Positions 19,633-35,245 are shown, numbered from the whole stretch's first letter. The stretch: 63,964 nt of DNA, filler included, from 5 parts of 5 records of this genome joined end to end with filler, not necessarily neighbours in it, one strand, 5' to 3'. The notes: generated from the letters alone by a model not told the origin. A program made the numbers and translations.

Positions 19633-20354
19633 CAATTCAACTCCCCGCTCTGGATCGCACCGCCGGTCAGGAAAAATTCCGCCAGTGCCAGGTCTGCCGG
19701 CACAGTGACCTTGAGATTGCGGGAAGAACCCGCCACCAGCTGCACGGGGTGCCCCGCGAATTCCATCGCCGAGGCCTCGTCAGTAACCACCAGACCCGCC
19801 TTGCGCGCAGCGGCCAGTGCCTGGCGCAGCTCGGTCAGGCGGAACATCTGCGGTGTCTGCGCGCGCCACAGGCCAGCGCGATCCAGGGTTTCCACGACTC
19901 GACCCTCGGCATCAGCGCGCTTCACGGTATCCACCACCGGCTCGGCCAGAATGCCACCCTCGCCACTGCGGGTCACCTGCGTTATCAGCTGGATGATATC
20001 CGCTACCGCGACACAGGGGCGCGCCGCATCGTGCACCAGCACCCAGTCGTCCGCGCCCGCATCAGATGCCAGCAGCGCCAGACCCGCCGCTACCGAGTCG
20101 CTGCGCTCGGCGCCACCCGGGGCCACGCGCACCCGCGGATCGGTCAACAGGGATATCGCATCATTGCGTCGATCCGCCGGATCGAGCACGACCGCGACCG
20201 CACGAATATCGGGGCAGGCGAGCAAGGCGCGCAGGCTGTGTTCAAGCAAGGTGACGCCCGCGATCTCGAGGTATTGCTTGGGAATCTCTGCGGCCATCCG
20301 GCGGCCGCTGCCCGCAGCGGGGAGCACCGCCCAGCAACTGCCCTGGGCACTCAC
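19632..20354 (-). CDS. ispD: 2-C-methyl-D-erythritol 4-phosphate cytidylyltransferase
   Basis: [49 protein letters not shown]. Confidence 0.97.
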   Translation of the reverse strand: MSAQGSCWAVLPAAGSGRRMAAEIPKQYLEIAGVTLLEHSLRALLACPDIRAVAVVLDPADRRNDAISLLTDPRVRVAPGGAERSDSVAAGLALLASDAGADDWVLVHDAARPCVAVADIIQLITQVTRSGEGGILAEPVVDTVKRADAEGRVVETLDRAGLWRAQTPQMFRLTELRQALAAARKAGLVVTDEASAMEFAGHPVQLVAGSSRNLKVTVPADLALAEFFLTGGAIQSGELN

Positions 20355-20674
20355 TCGGAGGACTCCGGGGGAGCGGGCCGGCGGGCGGCCGGCTTGCCGT
20401 CAGCCGGCTCTACAAACTGGTAATAGACCTCGTCGTCCCGCACCAGGCCCAGTTGCTCCCGGGCACGCTGTTCCACAACGGCGTTGCCGGTCTGCAATTC
20501 CAGCACCTCGCGCTCCAGCACGGCATTGCGGGCGCGCAGTTCATCATTCAAAGCGGTCTGCTCCCGGACTTCCTGCTCCAGTCGATGCCGTTCCGCGAGG
20601 CTGCCTTCGGCGATCCACAGGCGATACTGCAGGATCCCCAGCAGGACAAGGAGAAAGGCAAGCAGCCAGCGCAA
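20351..20674 (-). CDS. ftsB: Cell division protein FtsB
   Basis: TM + LQYRLW, coiled coil, EQRAREQLGLV; located between eno and ispD. Confidence 0.93.
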   Translation of the reverse strand: MRWLLAFLLVLLGILQYRLWIAEGSLAERHRLEQEVREQTALNDELRARNAVLEREVLELQTGNAVVEQRAREQLGLVRDDEVYYQFVEPADGKPAARRPAPPESSE

Positions 20675-20677
20675 GCG

Positions 20678-22849
<2,172 letters not shown>

Positions 22850-22878
22850 TCAGTGGCTCCGGTTCGAGGGCGACCGAT

Positions 22879-24540
<1,662 letters not shown>

Positions 24541-24618
24541 TTACAGGCTGCATCCCGGGCCGGTTTCCGGATGGCGAAGGCCCACTGCATTCCTGTAAAA
24601 AGATGGGACGTCAGATTA

Positions 24619-26001
24619 TCAGAAAGGTCCCGCGGGCTCAATTGGCGAGGCACTAGAATTTGCGCGCCAGGACAGCTGCCACAGGCCTTCACCCGGCCTC
24701 GCCAGGTCGCGGGCGCGACTGGAGCGGCACAGCGCCAGATCGGCAACCGCCAGCAATTCCTCCCCCCAATAGACCAGGGGCACCCGGTCCCGCCACCAGG
24801 GCGGGATGGCCGCCTCCTGCAGCAGTTGCTTCAAGGGCAGACTGTGATCGCCGGCCAGGGGCTGGCAGCGCTCGCCACCCCGGCGCCAGCGCAGTTCCAC
24901 CGCCTCCCCCTCCGTGAGGGCGAAGCCCCTGGCGGGCACGGGCACCAGCGCTACCTGGCCGCCGCCGCCGAGGTCGAGCGCCTGTCCAGGGGCCAGCTTC
25001 AGCGGCGCTGTCGGCGATCCGGCGGATTCCGCTCCCGGCAGCAGATACACCCCGTCACGGTAACGCTGCAGGGTATAGGCAGAACAGCTCAGTTGCGGTC
25101 GTGCATCATCCCGGGCATCGCGCAGCTGGCGGACAAACTCGACGAGACGCGCGGCATCGGGCATGGGCAGGCCGCGGGACAGCAACCAGGCGCGCAATAC
25201 CTGCTGTGCCGCTTCCGGCGTCGATGGCAACAGATCGGCCAGGCCAATACCCGGGTCACCGCAGCGGCTGAACCGGGTGGCGGGCGCCGGAGCGGACTGC
25301 TGCAGCAGCCGGGAAGCATCGCCAAGGTGGGTCTGGGCACGGCTGACCGTCCGCCGATAGCCCGGCCAGCGCGCCGCAAGGGCAGGCAGTATCTCGTGGC
25401 GCACGTAGTTGCGATCCAACCGGGTATCGCGATTGGAAGGGTCGTCAACAAACGGCAGGTCCTGCTCGGCGGCATAGCTCACCAGGGCCGTCCTCGGCAC
25501 ATCGAGCAGCGGCCGGACCAGCCGTCCCTGCCCGAGGGCTCGCTCCGACGGCATGCCGGCAAGCCCTTCCAGCCCGGCCCCGCGCATCAGGCGGAGGAAG
25601 AAGGTCTCCACCTGATCATCCAGGTGGTGGGCCATGAACAACACGTCGCCCGCCCCTAGCTGATCCTCAAAGACCCGGTAGCGCGCCTCGCGGGCCGCCG
25701 CCTCGATACCGTCCGGGGCAGACCCCGTGTCGACTGTCTCAGTGACCAGCGGCACCCCCAGCGCATCGCACAGCTGGCGACAGTGGTCCTGCCAGCGCCC
25801 AGCGTCGCTGTGCAGGCCATGGTTCACGTGGATCGCGATGAGTTCAGGGGCGGCGGGTAATTCGCGTCGGCAGTGCTGCAGCAGATGCAGCAGGACGCTG
25901 GAATCCATACCGCCGCTGAGCGCCACATACCAGCGCTCGACAGCGGCCAGCGGGGCCAGCTGTACTGCAAGATCGCCGGGGTTCAGCGCATTACGGGTCA
26001 T
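24619..26001 (-). CDS. tilS: tRNA(Ile)-lysidine synthetase
   Basis: VALSGGMDSSVLL, HVNHGL, EAAAREARY, AHHLDDQVET, DPSN, RNYVRH; accA-tilS-pyrG order. Confidence 0.95.
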   Translation of the reverse strand: MTRNALNPGDLAVQLAPLAAVERWYVALSGGMDSSVLLHLLQHCRRELPAAPELIAIHVNHGLHSDAGRWQDHCRQLCDALGVPLVTETVDTGSAPDGIEAAAREARYRVFEDQLGAGDVLFMAHHLDDQVETFFLRLMRGAGLEGLAGMPSERALGQGRLVRPLLDVPRTALVSYAAEQDLPFVDDPSNRDTRLDRNYVRHEILPALAARWPGYRRTVSRAQTHLGDASRLLQQSAPAPATRFSRCGDPGIGLADLLPSTPEAAQQVLRAWLLSRGLPMPDAARLVEFVRQLRDARDDARPQLSCSAYTLQRYRDGVYLLPGAESAGSPTAPLKLAPGQALDLGGGGQVALVPVPARGFALTEGEAVELRWRRGGERCQPLAGDHSLPLKQLLQEAAIPPWWRDRVPLVYWGEELLAVADLALCRSSRARDLARPGEGLWQLSWRANSSASPIEPAGPF

Positions 26002-26034
26002 GGTACCCCCGCCGGGAGTGGGTGCTGGGAAGGA

Positions 26035-26982
26035 TCAGTTACCGTAAGACATGAGGCGCTGGTAGCGCTTCTCGAGCATGTCCTCCAGGGAGATCTGGTC
26101 CAGTGCGGCCAATTGCTCGCTGATGTGCTGCTTGACCCGTTGGGCAATGGTGTCCACGTCGCGGTGGGCCCCGCCCAGCGGCTCGGGAATGGTCGCATCC
26201 ACGATCCCCAGATCCTGCAACACGCCGGAGGTGACGCCCATGGCTTCGGCGGCATCCGGTGCGTTATCCGAGCTTTTCCAGATGATATTGGCGCAGCCCT
26301 CGGGGGAGATCACGAAATAGGTCGAATACTGGAGCATCGCCAGGTGGTCGCCCACCCCGATGCCCAGGGCGCCGCCGGAGCTGCCCTCCCCGATCACGAC
26401 ACAGATGATCGGCGTGGCCAGGCGTGACATCACCGCCAGGTTGCGGGCGATGGACTCGCTGATCCCGCGCTCCTCGGAGTCGATGCCCGGATAGGCGCCG
26501 GGGGTATCGATCAGGGTGATTACCGGCATCTTGAAGCGCTCGGCCATCTCCATCAGGCGCAACGCCTTCCGGTAACCCTCGGGTTTGGGCATACCGAAGT
26601 TGCGATAGACCTTGTCCTTGACCGCCCGCCCTTTCTCCTGGCCGATCACCATCACCGGGCGATCGTCGAGCCGGGCGATGCCGCCAATAATGGCCTTGTC
26701 GTCACCGAAGTGGCGATCGCCATGCAGTTCGTCGAACTCGGTGAAGATGCGCGGGATGTAGTCCAGGGTATAGGGACGTTTCGGGTGCCGGGCGACCTTA
26801 ACGATATCCCAGGCGCTGAGATTGGCGTAAATCTTCTCCGTCAGCTTGGTGCTTTTCTGACGCAGGGTCTTGATTTCCTGACTGATATCCATCTCGGCAT
26901 CAGTCCCGACCAGCTGCAGCTCCTCAATCTTGACCTCGAGCTCGGCGATAGGCTGTTCAAAGTCGAGGTAGTTGGGGTTCAT
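26035..26982 (-). CDS. accA: Acetyl-CoA carboxylase carboxyltransferase alpha subunit
   Basis: [49 protein letters not shown]. Confidence 0.97.
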   Translation of the reverse strand: MNPNYLDFEQPIAELEVKIEELQLVGTDAEMDISQEIKTLRQKSTKLTEKIYANLSAWDIVKVARHPKRPYTLDYIPRIFTEFDELHGDRHFGDDKAIIGGIARLDDRPVMVIGQEKGRAVKDKVYRNFGMPKPEGYRKALRLMEMAERFKMPVITLIDTPGAYPGIDSEERGISESIARNLAVMSRLATPIICVVIGEGSSGGALGIGVGDHLAMLQYSTYFVISPEGCANIIWKSSDNAPDAAEAMGVTSGVLQDLGIVDATIPEPLGGAHRDVDTIAQRVKQHISEQLAALDQISLEDMLEKRYQRLMSYGN

Positions 26983-27053
26983 ATGCGGGGGAATCCGGGC
27001 AGGTTGGCAAGGCGCACAGTGTACAAAATTAATGGGGGGCGCACCACGCGCAC

Positions 27054-28355
27054 TCAGCCTCCCACCAGGCTGATCATTACCCCGGCTGCCACCGCGGAGC
27101 CGATGACCCCGGCGACATTCGGACCCATGGCGTGCATCAGCAGGAAATTGTGCGGATTGGCCTCCAGGCCGACCCGGTTACTGACCCGGGCCGCCATGGG
27201 CACAGCAGACACCCCCGCGGAGCCGATCAGCGGATTGAGCGGCGTGCTGCCAAAGCGGTTCATCACCTTGGCGATCAGGACCCCCGAGGCGGTACCGATA
27301 GCAAACGCAACGATGCCCAGCCCGAGGATGCCGAGGGTGTTAACGTCGAGAAACTTGTCCGCCACCAGCTTGGAACCCACCGACAGGCCGAGGAATATCG
27401 TGGTGATATTGATCAGTGCGTTTTGCGCCGTGTCACTGAGACGATCCACCACCCCGCACTCTTTCATCAGGTTGCCGAAGCAGAACATCCCCAGCAGCGG
27501 CGCGGCATCCGGCAGCAACAGGGCGACCAGGATCAGCAGGATCAGCGGGAAAACTATCTTCTCCCGGCGACTGACCGGGCGCAGCTGGACCATTTCTATC
27601 CGGCGTTCCGCCTCGGTGGTCAGGGCGCGCATGATCGGCGGCTGGATCAGTGGCACCAGGGCCATATAGGAGTAGGCGGCGACCGCGATGGCACCGAGCA
27701 GGTCCGGGGCCAGCATACTGGCAACATAGATCGCCGTTGGCCCGTCTGCGCCACCGATAATACCGATGGCCGCGGCGTCGGCGAGGGTGAAATCCATCAA
27801 CCCGATCGAGCTGAGACCCACCGCCCCGAGTACCGTGGCGAAGATACCGAACTGGGCGGCGGCACCCAGGAACAGGGTTTTGGGGTTGGCGAGCAGCGGG
27901 CCGAAATCGGTCATTGCACCCACCCCCATGAAAATCACCAGGGGCGCGACACCCGAAGCGATGGCCACCGTGTAGAAGTTGTACAGCATGCCGTTGGCAA
28001 AGCCCGCATCCAGAGCGATCTGCTGGGCGAGTTGTTTTGCCGCGCTGCCGGCAGCGTCATAGGCACCCAGCAAGGCTTTGCCCTCGGCACCCACCGCGCC
28101 GAGCGCTGCGCCGAGCTCCTGCATCAGTGCCGGGTCTGCCGCCAGGACGGCACTCTCCAGCGCTGACAGGGCGAGCCCAGCCCCCGGAATATTGGCGAGA
28201 ATACCGCCGAAACCGATGGGCACCAGCAGCAGCGGTTCGAAGCCCTTGCGCACCGCCAGGAACAGCAGCAGCAGGCAGACGACAACCATCAGCACCTGGC
28301 CCGGCGTGGCCTGGGCCAGTCCGGACGAGCCCCAGAGCTGCAAGAGATTTTCCAT
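27054..28355 (-). CDS. oadB: Na+-translocating oxaloacetate decarboxylase beta subunit
   Basis: [68 protein letters not shown]. Confidence 0.96.
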   Translation of the reverse strand: MENLLQLWGSSGLAQATPGQVLMVVVCLLLLFLAVRKGFEPLLLVPIGFGGILANIPGAGLALSALESAVLAADPALMQELGAALGAVGAEGKALLGAYDAAGSAAKQLAQQIALDAGFANGMLYNFYTVAIASGVAPLVIFMGVGAMTDFGPLLANPKTLFLGAAAQFGIFATVLGAVGLSSIGLMDFTLADAAAIGIIGGADGPTAIYVASMLAPDLLGAIAVAAYSYMALVPLIQPPIMRALTTEAERRIEMVQLRPVSRREKIVFPLILLILVALLLPDAAPLLGMFCFGNLMKECGVVDRLSDTAQNALINITTIFLGLSVGSKLVADKFLDVNTLGILGLGIVAFAIGTASGVLIAKVMNRFGSTPLNPLIGSAGVSAVPMAARVSNRVGLEANPHNFLLMHAMGPNVAGVIGSAVAAGVMISLVGG

Positions 28356-28360
28356 GAGGA

Positions 28361-30169
28361 TCAGTCCAGGGTAATCAGGGCATCACCCACCGCTACGGAG
28401 TCGCCGCTGGCCACCTTGACAGCAGCAACCGTACCGGGGCGCGGGGCGCGCACCTCGGTCTCCATCTTCATCGCCTCAAGGATCACGATGACATCTCCTG
28501 CGGCCACCTCATCCCCGGTGCCTACCAGTAACTTGACGATATTCCCGGCCAGCGGTGCCTTGACCGGCTCGCCGGCGGCTGCGGCAGCCGATGCTGCGGG
28601 TGCCGGAGCTGCGGGTGCCGGCGCGTGAGCCACAGTCTGGACCTCTCCGCCGTCACTGACCTCGACCACATAACTCTGGCCATTCACTTTCACGGTATAC
28701 ACGCCGCTGTCACCCGCAGGGGACGGCGCCGCCGCTGGCTCGGGCGCGGCCTGCGGCGCGGGTTCGTTACCAGGAGCCGGCTCAAAGGCATCGGGGTTGC
28801 CGCGGTTTTCCAGGAACTTGAGGCCGACCTGGGGGAACAGGGCGTAGGTGAGCACATCATCCACTTCCCCCTCGCCCGCGGTCAGTGAGATGCCCTTCTC
28901 CGCAGCCAGGCTGCGCAGTTCGTCGCGCAGCGACTCAAGTTCGGGCTCCAGCAGATCAGCGGGCCGGCAGCTAATCGGCTCAGCGCCCTCCAGCACCCGG
29001 GCCTGCAATTCAGCATTCACCGGAGCCGGGGTTGCGCCATATTCGCCCTTCAGCACCCCGGCTGTCTCGCGGGTAACAGACTTGTAGCGTTCTCCGGTCA
29101 ACACATTCAGCACCGACTGGCTGCCCACGATCTGGGAGGTCGGGGTGACCAGGGGAATAAAGCCCAGGTCCTCGCGGACCCGCGGAATTTCCGCCAGTAC
29201 CTCGTCCATTTTGTCGGTCGCGCCCTGCTCACGGAGCTGGTTCTCCATGTTGGTGAGCATGCCACCCGGTACCTGCGCAACCAGGATCCGTGAGTCGACC
29301 CCCCGCAGGGAGCCTTCGAAGCGGGCGTACTTCTTGCGCACCTCGCGGAAATAAGCGGCGATCTCCTCCAGCTTGTGGATATCCAGCCCGGTATCCCGGT
29401 CCGTACCCTGGAGGATGGACACGACGGACTCGGTGGCTGAGTGGCCGTAGGTCATGGCCATCGACGAGATCGAGGTATCCACATTGTCGATCCCGGCCTC
29501 GACGCACTTGAGGATAGTCGCCGTCGACAGGCCCGTGGTTGCGTGACAGTGCAGCTGGATGGGGATATCACAGGCAGCCTTCAGCCGACTGACCAGTTCA
29601 AAACCGTCGTAAGGGCGCAACAGGCCGGCCATGTCCTTGATCGCTATGGAGTCTGCACCCATATCCTCGATCTGCTTGCCCTGGGCGACCCAGGTCTCGA
29701 TATCGTGGACCGGGCTCAGCGTGTAGGAAATCGTACCCTGGGCATGCTTGCCGCTTGCCTTGACCGCCTTCAGCGCCACCTCGATATTGCGCATATCGTT
29801 CATGGCATCGAACACCCGGAATACATCGACACCGTTTTCCGCGGCGCGCTCGACAAAGCGGCGGACCACGTCGTCGGCATAGTGCCGGTAGCCAAGAATG
29901 TTCTGCCCGCGAAACAGCATCTGCTGCGGGGTTTTCGGCATAGCTTTCTTCAGTTCGCGAATGCGCTCCCAGGGGTCTTCCCCGAGATAGCGGATACAGG
30001 CATCGAAGGTGGCACCGCCCCAGGATTCAAGCGACCAGAAGCCAACGTCATCCAGGGCCGCGGCAATTGGCAGCATATCGTCCAGGCGCATGCGCGTGGC
30101 GAACAGCGACTGGTGCGCATCGCGCAGCACCACATCGGTGATTCCAAGCTTGCGTTTGGTCTGTTCCAT
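28361..30169 (-). CDS. oadA: Na+-translocating oxaloacetate decarboxylase alpha subunit
   Basis: [53 protein letters not shown]; Ala/Pro linker and biotinyl EAMKM motif. Confidence 0.96.
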   Translation of the reverse strand: MEQTKRKLGITDVVLRDAHQSLFATRMRLDDMLPIAAALDDVGFWSLESWGGATFDACIRYLGEDPWERIRELKKAMPKTPQQMLFRGQNILGYRHYADDVVRRFVERAAENGVDVFRVFDAMNDMRNIEVALKAVKASGKHAQGTISYTLSPVHDIETWVAQGKQIEDMGADSIAIKDMAGLLRPYDGFELVSRLKAACDIPIQLHCHATTGLSTATILKCVEAGIDNVDTSISSMAMTYGHSATESVVSILQGTDRDTGLDIHKLEEIAAYFREVRKKYARFEGSLRGVDSRILVAQVPGGMLTNMENQLREQGATDKMDEVLAEIPRVREDLGFIPLVTPTSQIVGSQSVLNVLTGERYKSVTRETAGVLKGEYGATPAPVNAELQARVLEGAEPISCRPADLLEPELESLRDELRSLAAEKGISLTAGEGEVDDVLTYALFPQVGLKFLENRGNPDAFEPAPGNEPAPQAAPEPAAAPSPAGDSGVYTVKVNGQSYVVEVSDGGEVQTVAHAPAPAAPAPAASAAAAAGEPVKAPLAGNIVKLLVGTGDEVAAGDVIVILEAMKMETEVRAPRPGTVAAVKVASGDSVAVGDALITLD

Positions 30170-30199
30170 TACAACTCCTTGTGAACTGTCTGGGCCTGG

Positions 30200-30457
30200 C
30201 TAGGGATTGCGCCGGCGGGCGCGATGGCGATGGATCGCGGCGCTGATGACGGCGAGCAGTTGCGGGTCCGACGTCGGCACGGACGCCCTGCCGGACAGGC
30301 GCGCCGGTACAGGCTCGGGTTCCGGCTCCGGGAAGTAGCGCTCCACAATGCGCGACATAAGCGTGGTGGCCAGCACCAGCAGTGCCAGGAACATGACCAC
30401 GGTACCCATGCCAAAAAGCATGAGTTCCAGTCCCTGGTCTATCAGGTCACCTTGCAT
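30200..30457 (-). CDS. oadG: Oxaloacetate decarboxylase gamma subunit
   Basis: GLELMLFGMGTVVMFL TM helix, Pro-rich linker, AVISAAIHRHR; first gene of oadGAB. Confidence 0.93.
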   Translation of the reverse strand: MQGDLIDQGLELMLFGMGTVVMFLALLVLATTLMSRIVERYFPEPEPEPVPARLSGRASVPTSDPQLLAVISAAIHRHRARRRNP

Positions 30458-30623
30458 GGCTGTCCCATTGAGTTATCGGCAATGCCAAAGCCGCTATGTT
30501 AAATCAGGATAGACCATGGGGCTATTCCCGGATGAACCCGCAAGGGTCCCGGCAAAGCGCGAGGGGTGTGGCGCCGCCCCGGCCAACGTATAATCGAGCG
30601 TTTTGAAACTGCCGACACACGCC

Positions 30624-31598
30624 ATGCGCCTGATGCTAGCCCCAATGGAAGGGGTCATCGACCATACCATGCGAGAACTGCTCACCGGACTGGGCGGCAT
30701 TGACCGCTGCGTCACCGAGTTTGTGCGGGTCAGCGAGCAGTTGTTACCGCCACGCGTTTTCTACCGCCTCTGTCCGGAACTGCGCAACGGCGGTCGCACC
30801 GCCAGCGGCGTCCCGGTCTACCTGCAGTTACTCGGCGGCAGGGCCTCGGTGCTGGCGGACAATGCCGCGCGCGCGGCTGAACTGGGGGCTGCGGGTATCG
30901 ATCTGAATTTCGGCTGCCCTGCAAAAACCGTCAACCGGTCCGATGGCGGGTCCATCATCCTGCGTGAACCGGAGCGGGTGCACAGCATCGTGGCCGCGGT
31001 CAGGGATGCGGTGCCTGCAGCGACGCCGGTCACGGTAAAGATACGTCTCGGCTACGAGGACCAGACCCGGTTCCTGGATATCGTGCACGGTATTGCCAGC
31101 GCCGGGGCCAGCGAACTCACGGTACACGCACGCACCAAGCGCCACGGCTATCGCCCGCCGGCCTACTGGCAGGAGATCGCTCGTGCAAAGGAACAGGTCA
31201 GCCTGCCCATTATTGCCAACGGCGAGATCTGGAGCCAGGGGGATGCGCTACGCTGTCGCGAGCTCAGCGGCTGCAGCGACCTGATGCTCGGTCGAGGCGC
31301 CCTATGCCGACCAGACCTGCCGCGGCTGGTGCGCGCCATGGACGAGGGACGGGAGGAAGCACCACTGACCTGGCCGCAGGTGATGCAGTTGCTGCACCAG
31401 TTCTTCGCCCTCACCCTGCAACACTACGACCCTGGCCATGCCGGGAATCCACTCAAGCAGTGGCTGGTTTACCTGCGCAGCTACTACCCCCAGGCCGCCC
31501 TGCTGTTCGAACGCCTGAAACGCCTGCGGGACCCGTTGGCGCTGGAGCAGGCACTGCTGGCGGAGCACAGCCCGGAGCCTGACTATCGTGTCGCCTGA
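30624..31598 (+). CDS. dusC: tRNA-dihydrouridine(16) synthase
   Basis: LAPMEGVID, CVTEFVRV, IDLNFGCPAKTVN, VHARTK..GYRPPA, ANGEIW, KQWL; TATAAT at 30589-30594 upstream. Start set at ATG 30624. Confidence 0.92.
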   Translation: MRLMLAPMEGVIDHTMRELLTGLGGIDRCVTEFVRVSEQLLPPRVFYRLCPELRNGGRTASGVPVYLQLLGGRASVLADNAARAAELGAAGIDLNFGCPAKTVNRSDGGSIILREPERVHSIVAAVRDAVPAATPVTVKIRLGYEDQTRFLDIVHGIASAGASELTVHARTKRHGYRPPAYWQEIARAKEQVSLPIIANGEIWSQGDALRCRELSGCSDLMLGRGALCRPDLPRLVRAMDEGREEAPLTWPQVMQLLHQFFALTLQHYDPGHAGNPLKQWLVYLRSYYPQAALLFERLKRLRDPLALEQALLAEHSPEPDYRVA

Positions 31599-31685
31599 TA
31601 GACACGCTTGCGCCGGACCCGGACGATATCCGGGCCCGCCCCCGCCGCACTGCGGCGACCACTGCACGCAGACAGGACACAGCGC

Positions 31686-33239
31686 ATGAGCACCGCCACT
31701 ACTGCCAACGTTCCAGAAACTGATACCGGCTTCTTCGGCCACCCCCGCGGATTGTATGTCTGCTTCGCCACCGAGCTCTGGGAGCGATTCTCCTTCTACG
31801 GGATGAAATACCTGTTGCTGCTCTACCTGACCAAGTACCACCTGTTCAGCGACGCCAACGGGCTGGAAGTGCTGGGCGGCTACGCGGCCCTGGTCTACGC
31901 CATGCCGGTTATCGGCGGCCTGCTGGCGGACCGCTACCTGGGCATGCGCAAGGCGGTCGTATTCGGTGGCATATTACTGGTGCTGGGACACCTGGGCATG
32001 GCGGTGGAGGGCGAACAGGCGCGCTACGTCGGCGATCGCATCGTCCGCGATGACGACGCACTGCAGGTGTTCTACTTTTCCCTGGCCCTGATCGTCATCG
32101 GCGTCGGTTTTCTCAAGCCCAATATTTCCACCATCGTGGGCCGTCTGTACGCGGAGCATGATCCACGGCGGGATTCCGGTTTCACGATCTTCTACATGGG
32201 GATTAATCTCGGCTCGTTTACCGCAACCCTGCTCTGCGGCTACCTGGGGGAAACCTATGGCTGGAGCTACGGCTTCGGTGCCGCCGGAATCGGCATGCTG
32301 GTCGGCCTGGCCACTTTCCTGCACGGTCAGAAACACCTTCAGGGCCATGCGGAGCCCCCGCGTCCCGAACGACTGCGCGAGCGCTCGCCCATCGGCCTCA
32401 GCCGGGAACTGACGATTTACCTGGGCGGGCTGCTCGGGGTATTTGTGGCCTGGCAGATGCTGCAGTTTCACGGCGCGGTAGGTCTCACCCTGAACCTGCT
32501 TGCACTGGCGGTCCTGGTTGGCATGGGCTGGTTTATCGCTGTGAAATGCGACCCGGTGGAGCGATCGCGGATGCTGGTACTGATCATCCTGACCCTGTCC
32601 ACCGTGGTGTTCTGGGCCCTGTTCGAACAGAGCGCCGCCTCGATGACGCTCTATGCCGACCGGGTCATGGACCGCAATATCCTTGGCATGCAGCTGACCG
32701 CGGCCCAGTTCGGCGCGCTCAATGCGCTGTTTATCTTTCTGTTCGCACCGGGCTTTGCCTGGCTGTGGACCGTCCTTGGCAGGCGCGGACTGGAGCCCAG
32801 TACGCCGGTGAAGTTCGCCCTGGGCATCGCCCAGGCCGGGTTGGGTTTTGGCGCGCTGGTAATCGGCGCAGCCTACCCCGACCAGGCGGGTCTGGTCTCG
32901 GGCTACTGGATGGTGCTGGCGTATTTGCTGCACACCTCGGGCGAGCTTTGCCTGTCGCCGGTCGGGCTCTCCGCGGTGACCAAGCTGGCGGTGCCCAGTG
33001 TCGTTGGCGTGATGATGGGTGCCTGGTTCCTGGCCACCGCGTACTCGGAGTTCGTCGCCGCCCAGCTGGCCAAACTAGCCGCCGCCGAAACCGTTGACGG
33101 TACGGTAGCGGACATCGGCGTGGCCCTGGCGGGCTATACCGAACTGTTCACCAGTCTGCTGTGGACCGGGCTGGGCGTTGCACTGGCCCTGCTTCTGATT
33201 TCTCCGGTGCTGAAGCGTATGATGCACGGCATCCACTGA
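31686..33239 (+). CDS. Proton-dependent oligopeptide (POT/PTR) transporter
   Basis: FFGHPRGL, ELWERFSFYGM (ExxERF), KPNISTIVG, FTIFYMGINLG, GELCLSPVGLS. Start set at ATG 31686. Confidence 0.95.
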   Translation: MSTATTANVPETDTGFFGHPRGLYVCFATELWERFSFYGMKYLLLLYLTKYHLFSDANGLEVLGGYAALVYAMPVIGGLLADRYLGMRKAVVFGGILLVLGHLGMAVEGEQARYVGDRIVRDDDALQVFYFSLALIVIGVGFLKPNISTIVGRLYAEHDPRRDSGFTIFYMGINLGSFTATLLCGYLGETYGWSYGFGAAGIGMLVGLATFLHGQKHLQGHAEPPRPERLRERSPIGLSRELTIYLGGLLGVFVAWQMLQFHGAVGLTLNLLALAVLVGMGWFIAVKCDPVERSRMLVLIILTLSTVVFWALFEQSAASMTLYADRVMDRNILGMQLTAAQFGALNALFIFLFAPGFAWLWTVLGRRGLEPSTPVKFALGIAQAGLGFGALVIGAAYPDQAGLVSGYWMVLAYLLHTSGELCLSPVGLSAVTKLAVPSVVGVMMGAWFLATAYSEFVAAQLAKLAAAETVDGTVADIGVALAGYTELFTSLLWTGLGVALALLLISPVLKRMMHGIH

Positions 33240-33268
33240 CGGGCAGCAACAAATTAGGGAGTAGCGGC

Positions 33269-34498
33269 ATGGCGGACAGGGAATTCGATCTTATCCTCTG
33301 GGGGGCTACCGGCTTTACCGGGAAACTGGTGGCTGATTATCTGGCCACCCGCTACGGCGTCGACGGCGAACTGAAATGGGCCATCGCCGGCCGCAACCAG
33401 CGCAAGCTGGAGCAGGTCCGTGCGGATATCCTGCCGGAAAAAGCGCGCCAGCATCTGGCCATCTTCGTGGCCGACAGCCAGGACCGCCGCTCGCTGGATG
33501 CACTCGTCCGAAGGGCGCGGGTCATCTGCACAACGGTCGGACCCTATGCCCGCTATGGCACCCCACTGGTGGAGGCCTGCGCTGCGGCCGGCACCCACTA
33601 CTGCGACCTCACCGGCGAAGTACAGTGGATGGCCCGCATTATTGACGACCAGCTCGAGGCGGCAGAAAGCAGCGGTGCCCGCATCGTTCATACCTGCGGA
33701 TTCGATTCCATCCCCTCGGACATGGGCACCTATTTTGTGCAGCAGGCCATGCTGGAGCAGCACGGCGTGGCTGCCGCACAGGTCAAGTGCCGGGTAGGCC
33801 GCAGCAGCGGGACCTTCAGCGGAGGCACCGTGGCCAGCCTGCTCAATGTCATGGACGAGGCCAAACATGACCCGCGGGTACGCGAGGTCATGGCTGACCC
33901 CTACTCGCTCTACCCCGCCGGTGTCGCTGCAGGCGGGGATGGCCCTGACCAGACCGCCGCCAGCTACGACCCGAGTTTCCACCAGTGGACCTGCCCCTTT
34001 GTGATGGCCGCCATCAACGGCCGGGTGGTGCGCCGCAGCAATGCCCTGCTCGGATTTCCCTGGGGTACAGACTTCCGCTATGACGAGTCCCAGCTGTGTA
34101 GCTCCCGCGGCGCGGCCGTCCGGAATACGCTGGCCATGGGCGCGGGAATGGGCGCCCTGGCCTTCGGCCCCACCCGCAAATTGCTGGAGCGCTTTCTTCC
34201 GGACCCCGGCGAAGGTCCCGACCGCGAGGCGCGGGAAAAAGGCTTCTTCGAGATGTTCCTCCACGCCGTGCACCCCGAAGACCCGGCCCTCGACCTGCGA
34301 GCACAGGTCACCGGCGATATGGACCCGGGCTACGGCTCCACCTCCAAGATGTTGGCTGAGGCGGCCGTCTGCCTGGCGAAGGACGAGCTGAGCGTCGGTG
34401 GTGGCATCTGGACCCCCGCTTCAGCGATGGGCACAGCGCTGCTTGAGCGCCTGCGCGCGAACGCCGGCCTCAGTTTCGAGCTAATTGCCGTTAAGTGA
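33269..34498 (+). CDS. Saccharopine dehydrogenase-like oxidoreductase (trans-acting enoyl reductase family)
   Basis: GATGFTG, AIAGRN, TTVGPYARYG, HYCDLTGE, CGFDSIPSD, DPGYGST. Start set at ATG 33269 behind GGGAG. Confidence 0.9.
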   Translation: MADREFDLILWGATGFTGKLVADYLATRYGVDGELKWAIAGRNQRKLEQVRADILPEKARQHLAIFVADSQDRRSLDALVRRARVICTTVGPYARYGTPLVEACAAAGTHYCDLTGEVQWMARIIDDQLEAAESSGARIVHTCGFDSIPSDMGTYFVQQAMLEQHGVAAAQVKCRVGRSSGTFSGGTVASLLNVMDEAKHDPRVREVMADPYSLYPAGVAAGGDGPDQTAASYDPSFHQWTCPFVMAAINGRVVRRSNALLGFPWGTDFRYDESQLCSSRGAAVRNTLAMGAGMGALAFGPTRKLLERFLPDPGEGPDREAREKGFFEMFLHAVHPEDPALDLRAQVTGDMDPGYGSTSKMLAEAAVCLAKDELSVGGGIWTPASAMGTALLERLRANAGLSFELIAVK

Positions 34499-34591
34499 AT
34501 TATCCCCGGCTCACTCGCTGGTAAAGCGTGACCAAAGTCCGTACATTCGGGGAAAACACACGATAACGATAGCAGGGGCGAGAGACGCGAG

Positions 34592-35245
34592 GTGCGGAAG
34601 TTTAACCTCACGTTCAAGGGCGACATCCTGCCCGGTTACACACCGGAGCAGGCCAGGCTTCGGCTTGCCCGCTTCTTTGGTATTGATGACCCCGCCCGGG
34701 TAGAAGCCTTCTTCAGCGGCGAGACCGTGGTGCTGCGCCGCGACCTGGACCGCAAGGAAGGCGGCGACCTGTTTCGCAAGCTGCGCGAACTGGGGCTCGA
34801 GACACGGCTGGTAACCGTCTCCGAAGACCCTGAAGACATATCCCCCACGCAACGCGCATCAACCGGCAAGCCCGATCTGGATTCACCCCCGGAGCCTGCC
34901 CCGCCACCATCCCCTGCACACCGTCGCGGCATGCTCGGGGAAATCCGGCACCAGCAGCCGGGACAGGTAGACCAGAGCTGGGCGGTGGCCAGCAAGCCCA
35001 CAGCTACCAGCCGGCGAGCCTCCCTGAAAGATCTCAAGTCCCAGGCAGCCGCGCGGCGCAAGGCGGACGCAGAGCAGGCGCGACGGGAGTCTGAGGAAGC
35101 GGCCAAACACCAAGCCGACGCCGAGGAGCAGGCCCGCCGCGAGACCGAGGACGCCGCCAGACGCAAGGCCGAAGCAGAGGAACGAGCACGCCGCGAGGCC
35201 GAGGACGCCGCCAGACGCAAGGCCGAAGAGGAGGAACGCAAGCGC
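34592..35245 (+). CDS. Hypothetical protein with small N-terminal alpha/beta domain and 18-aa charged helical repeats; 3'-truncated
   Basis: Frame is open to the gap; C-terminal repeats EQARRESEEAAKHQADAE / EQARRETEDAARRKAEAE / ERARREAEDAARRKAEEE. Confidence 0.75.
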
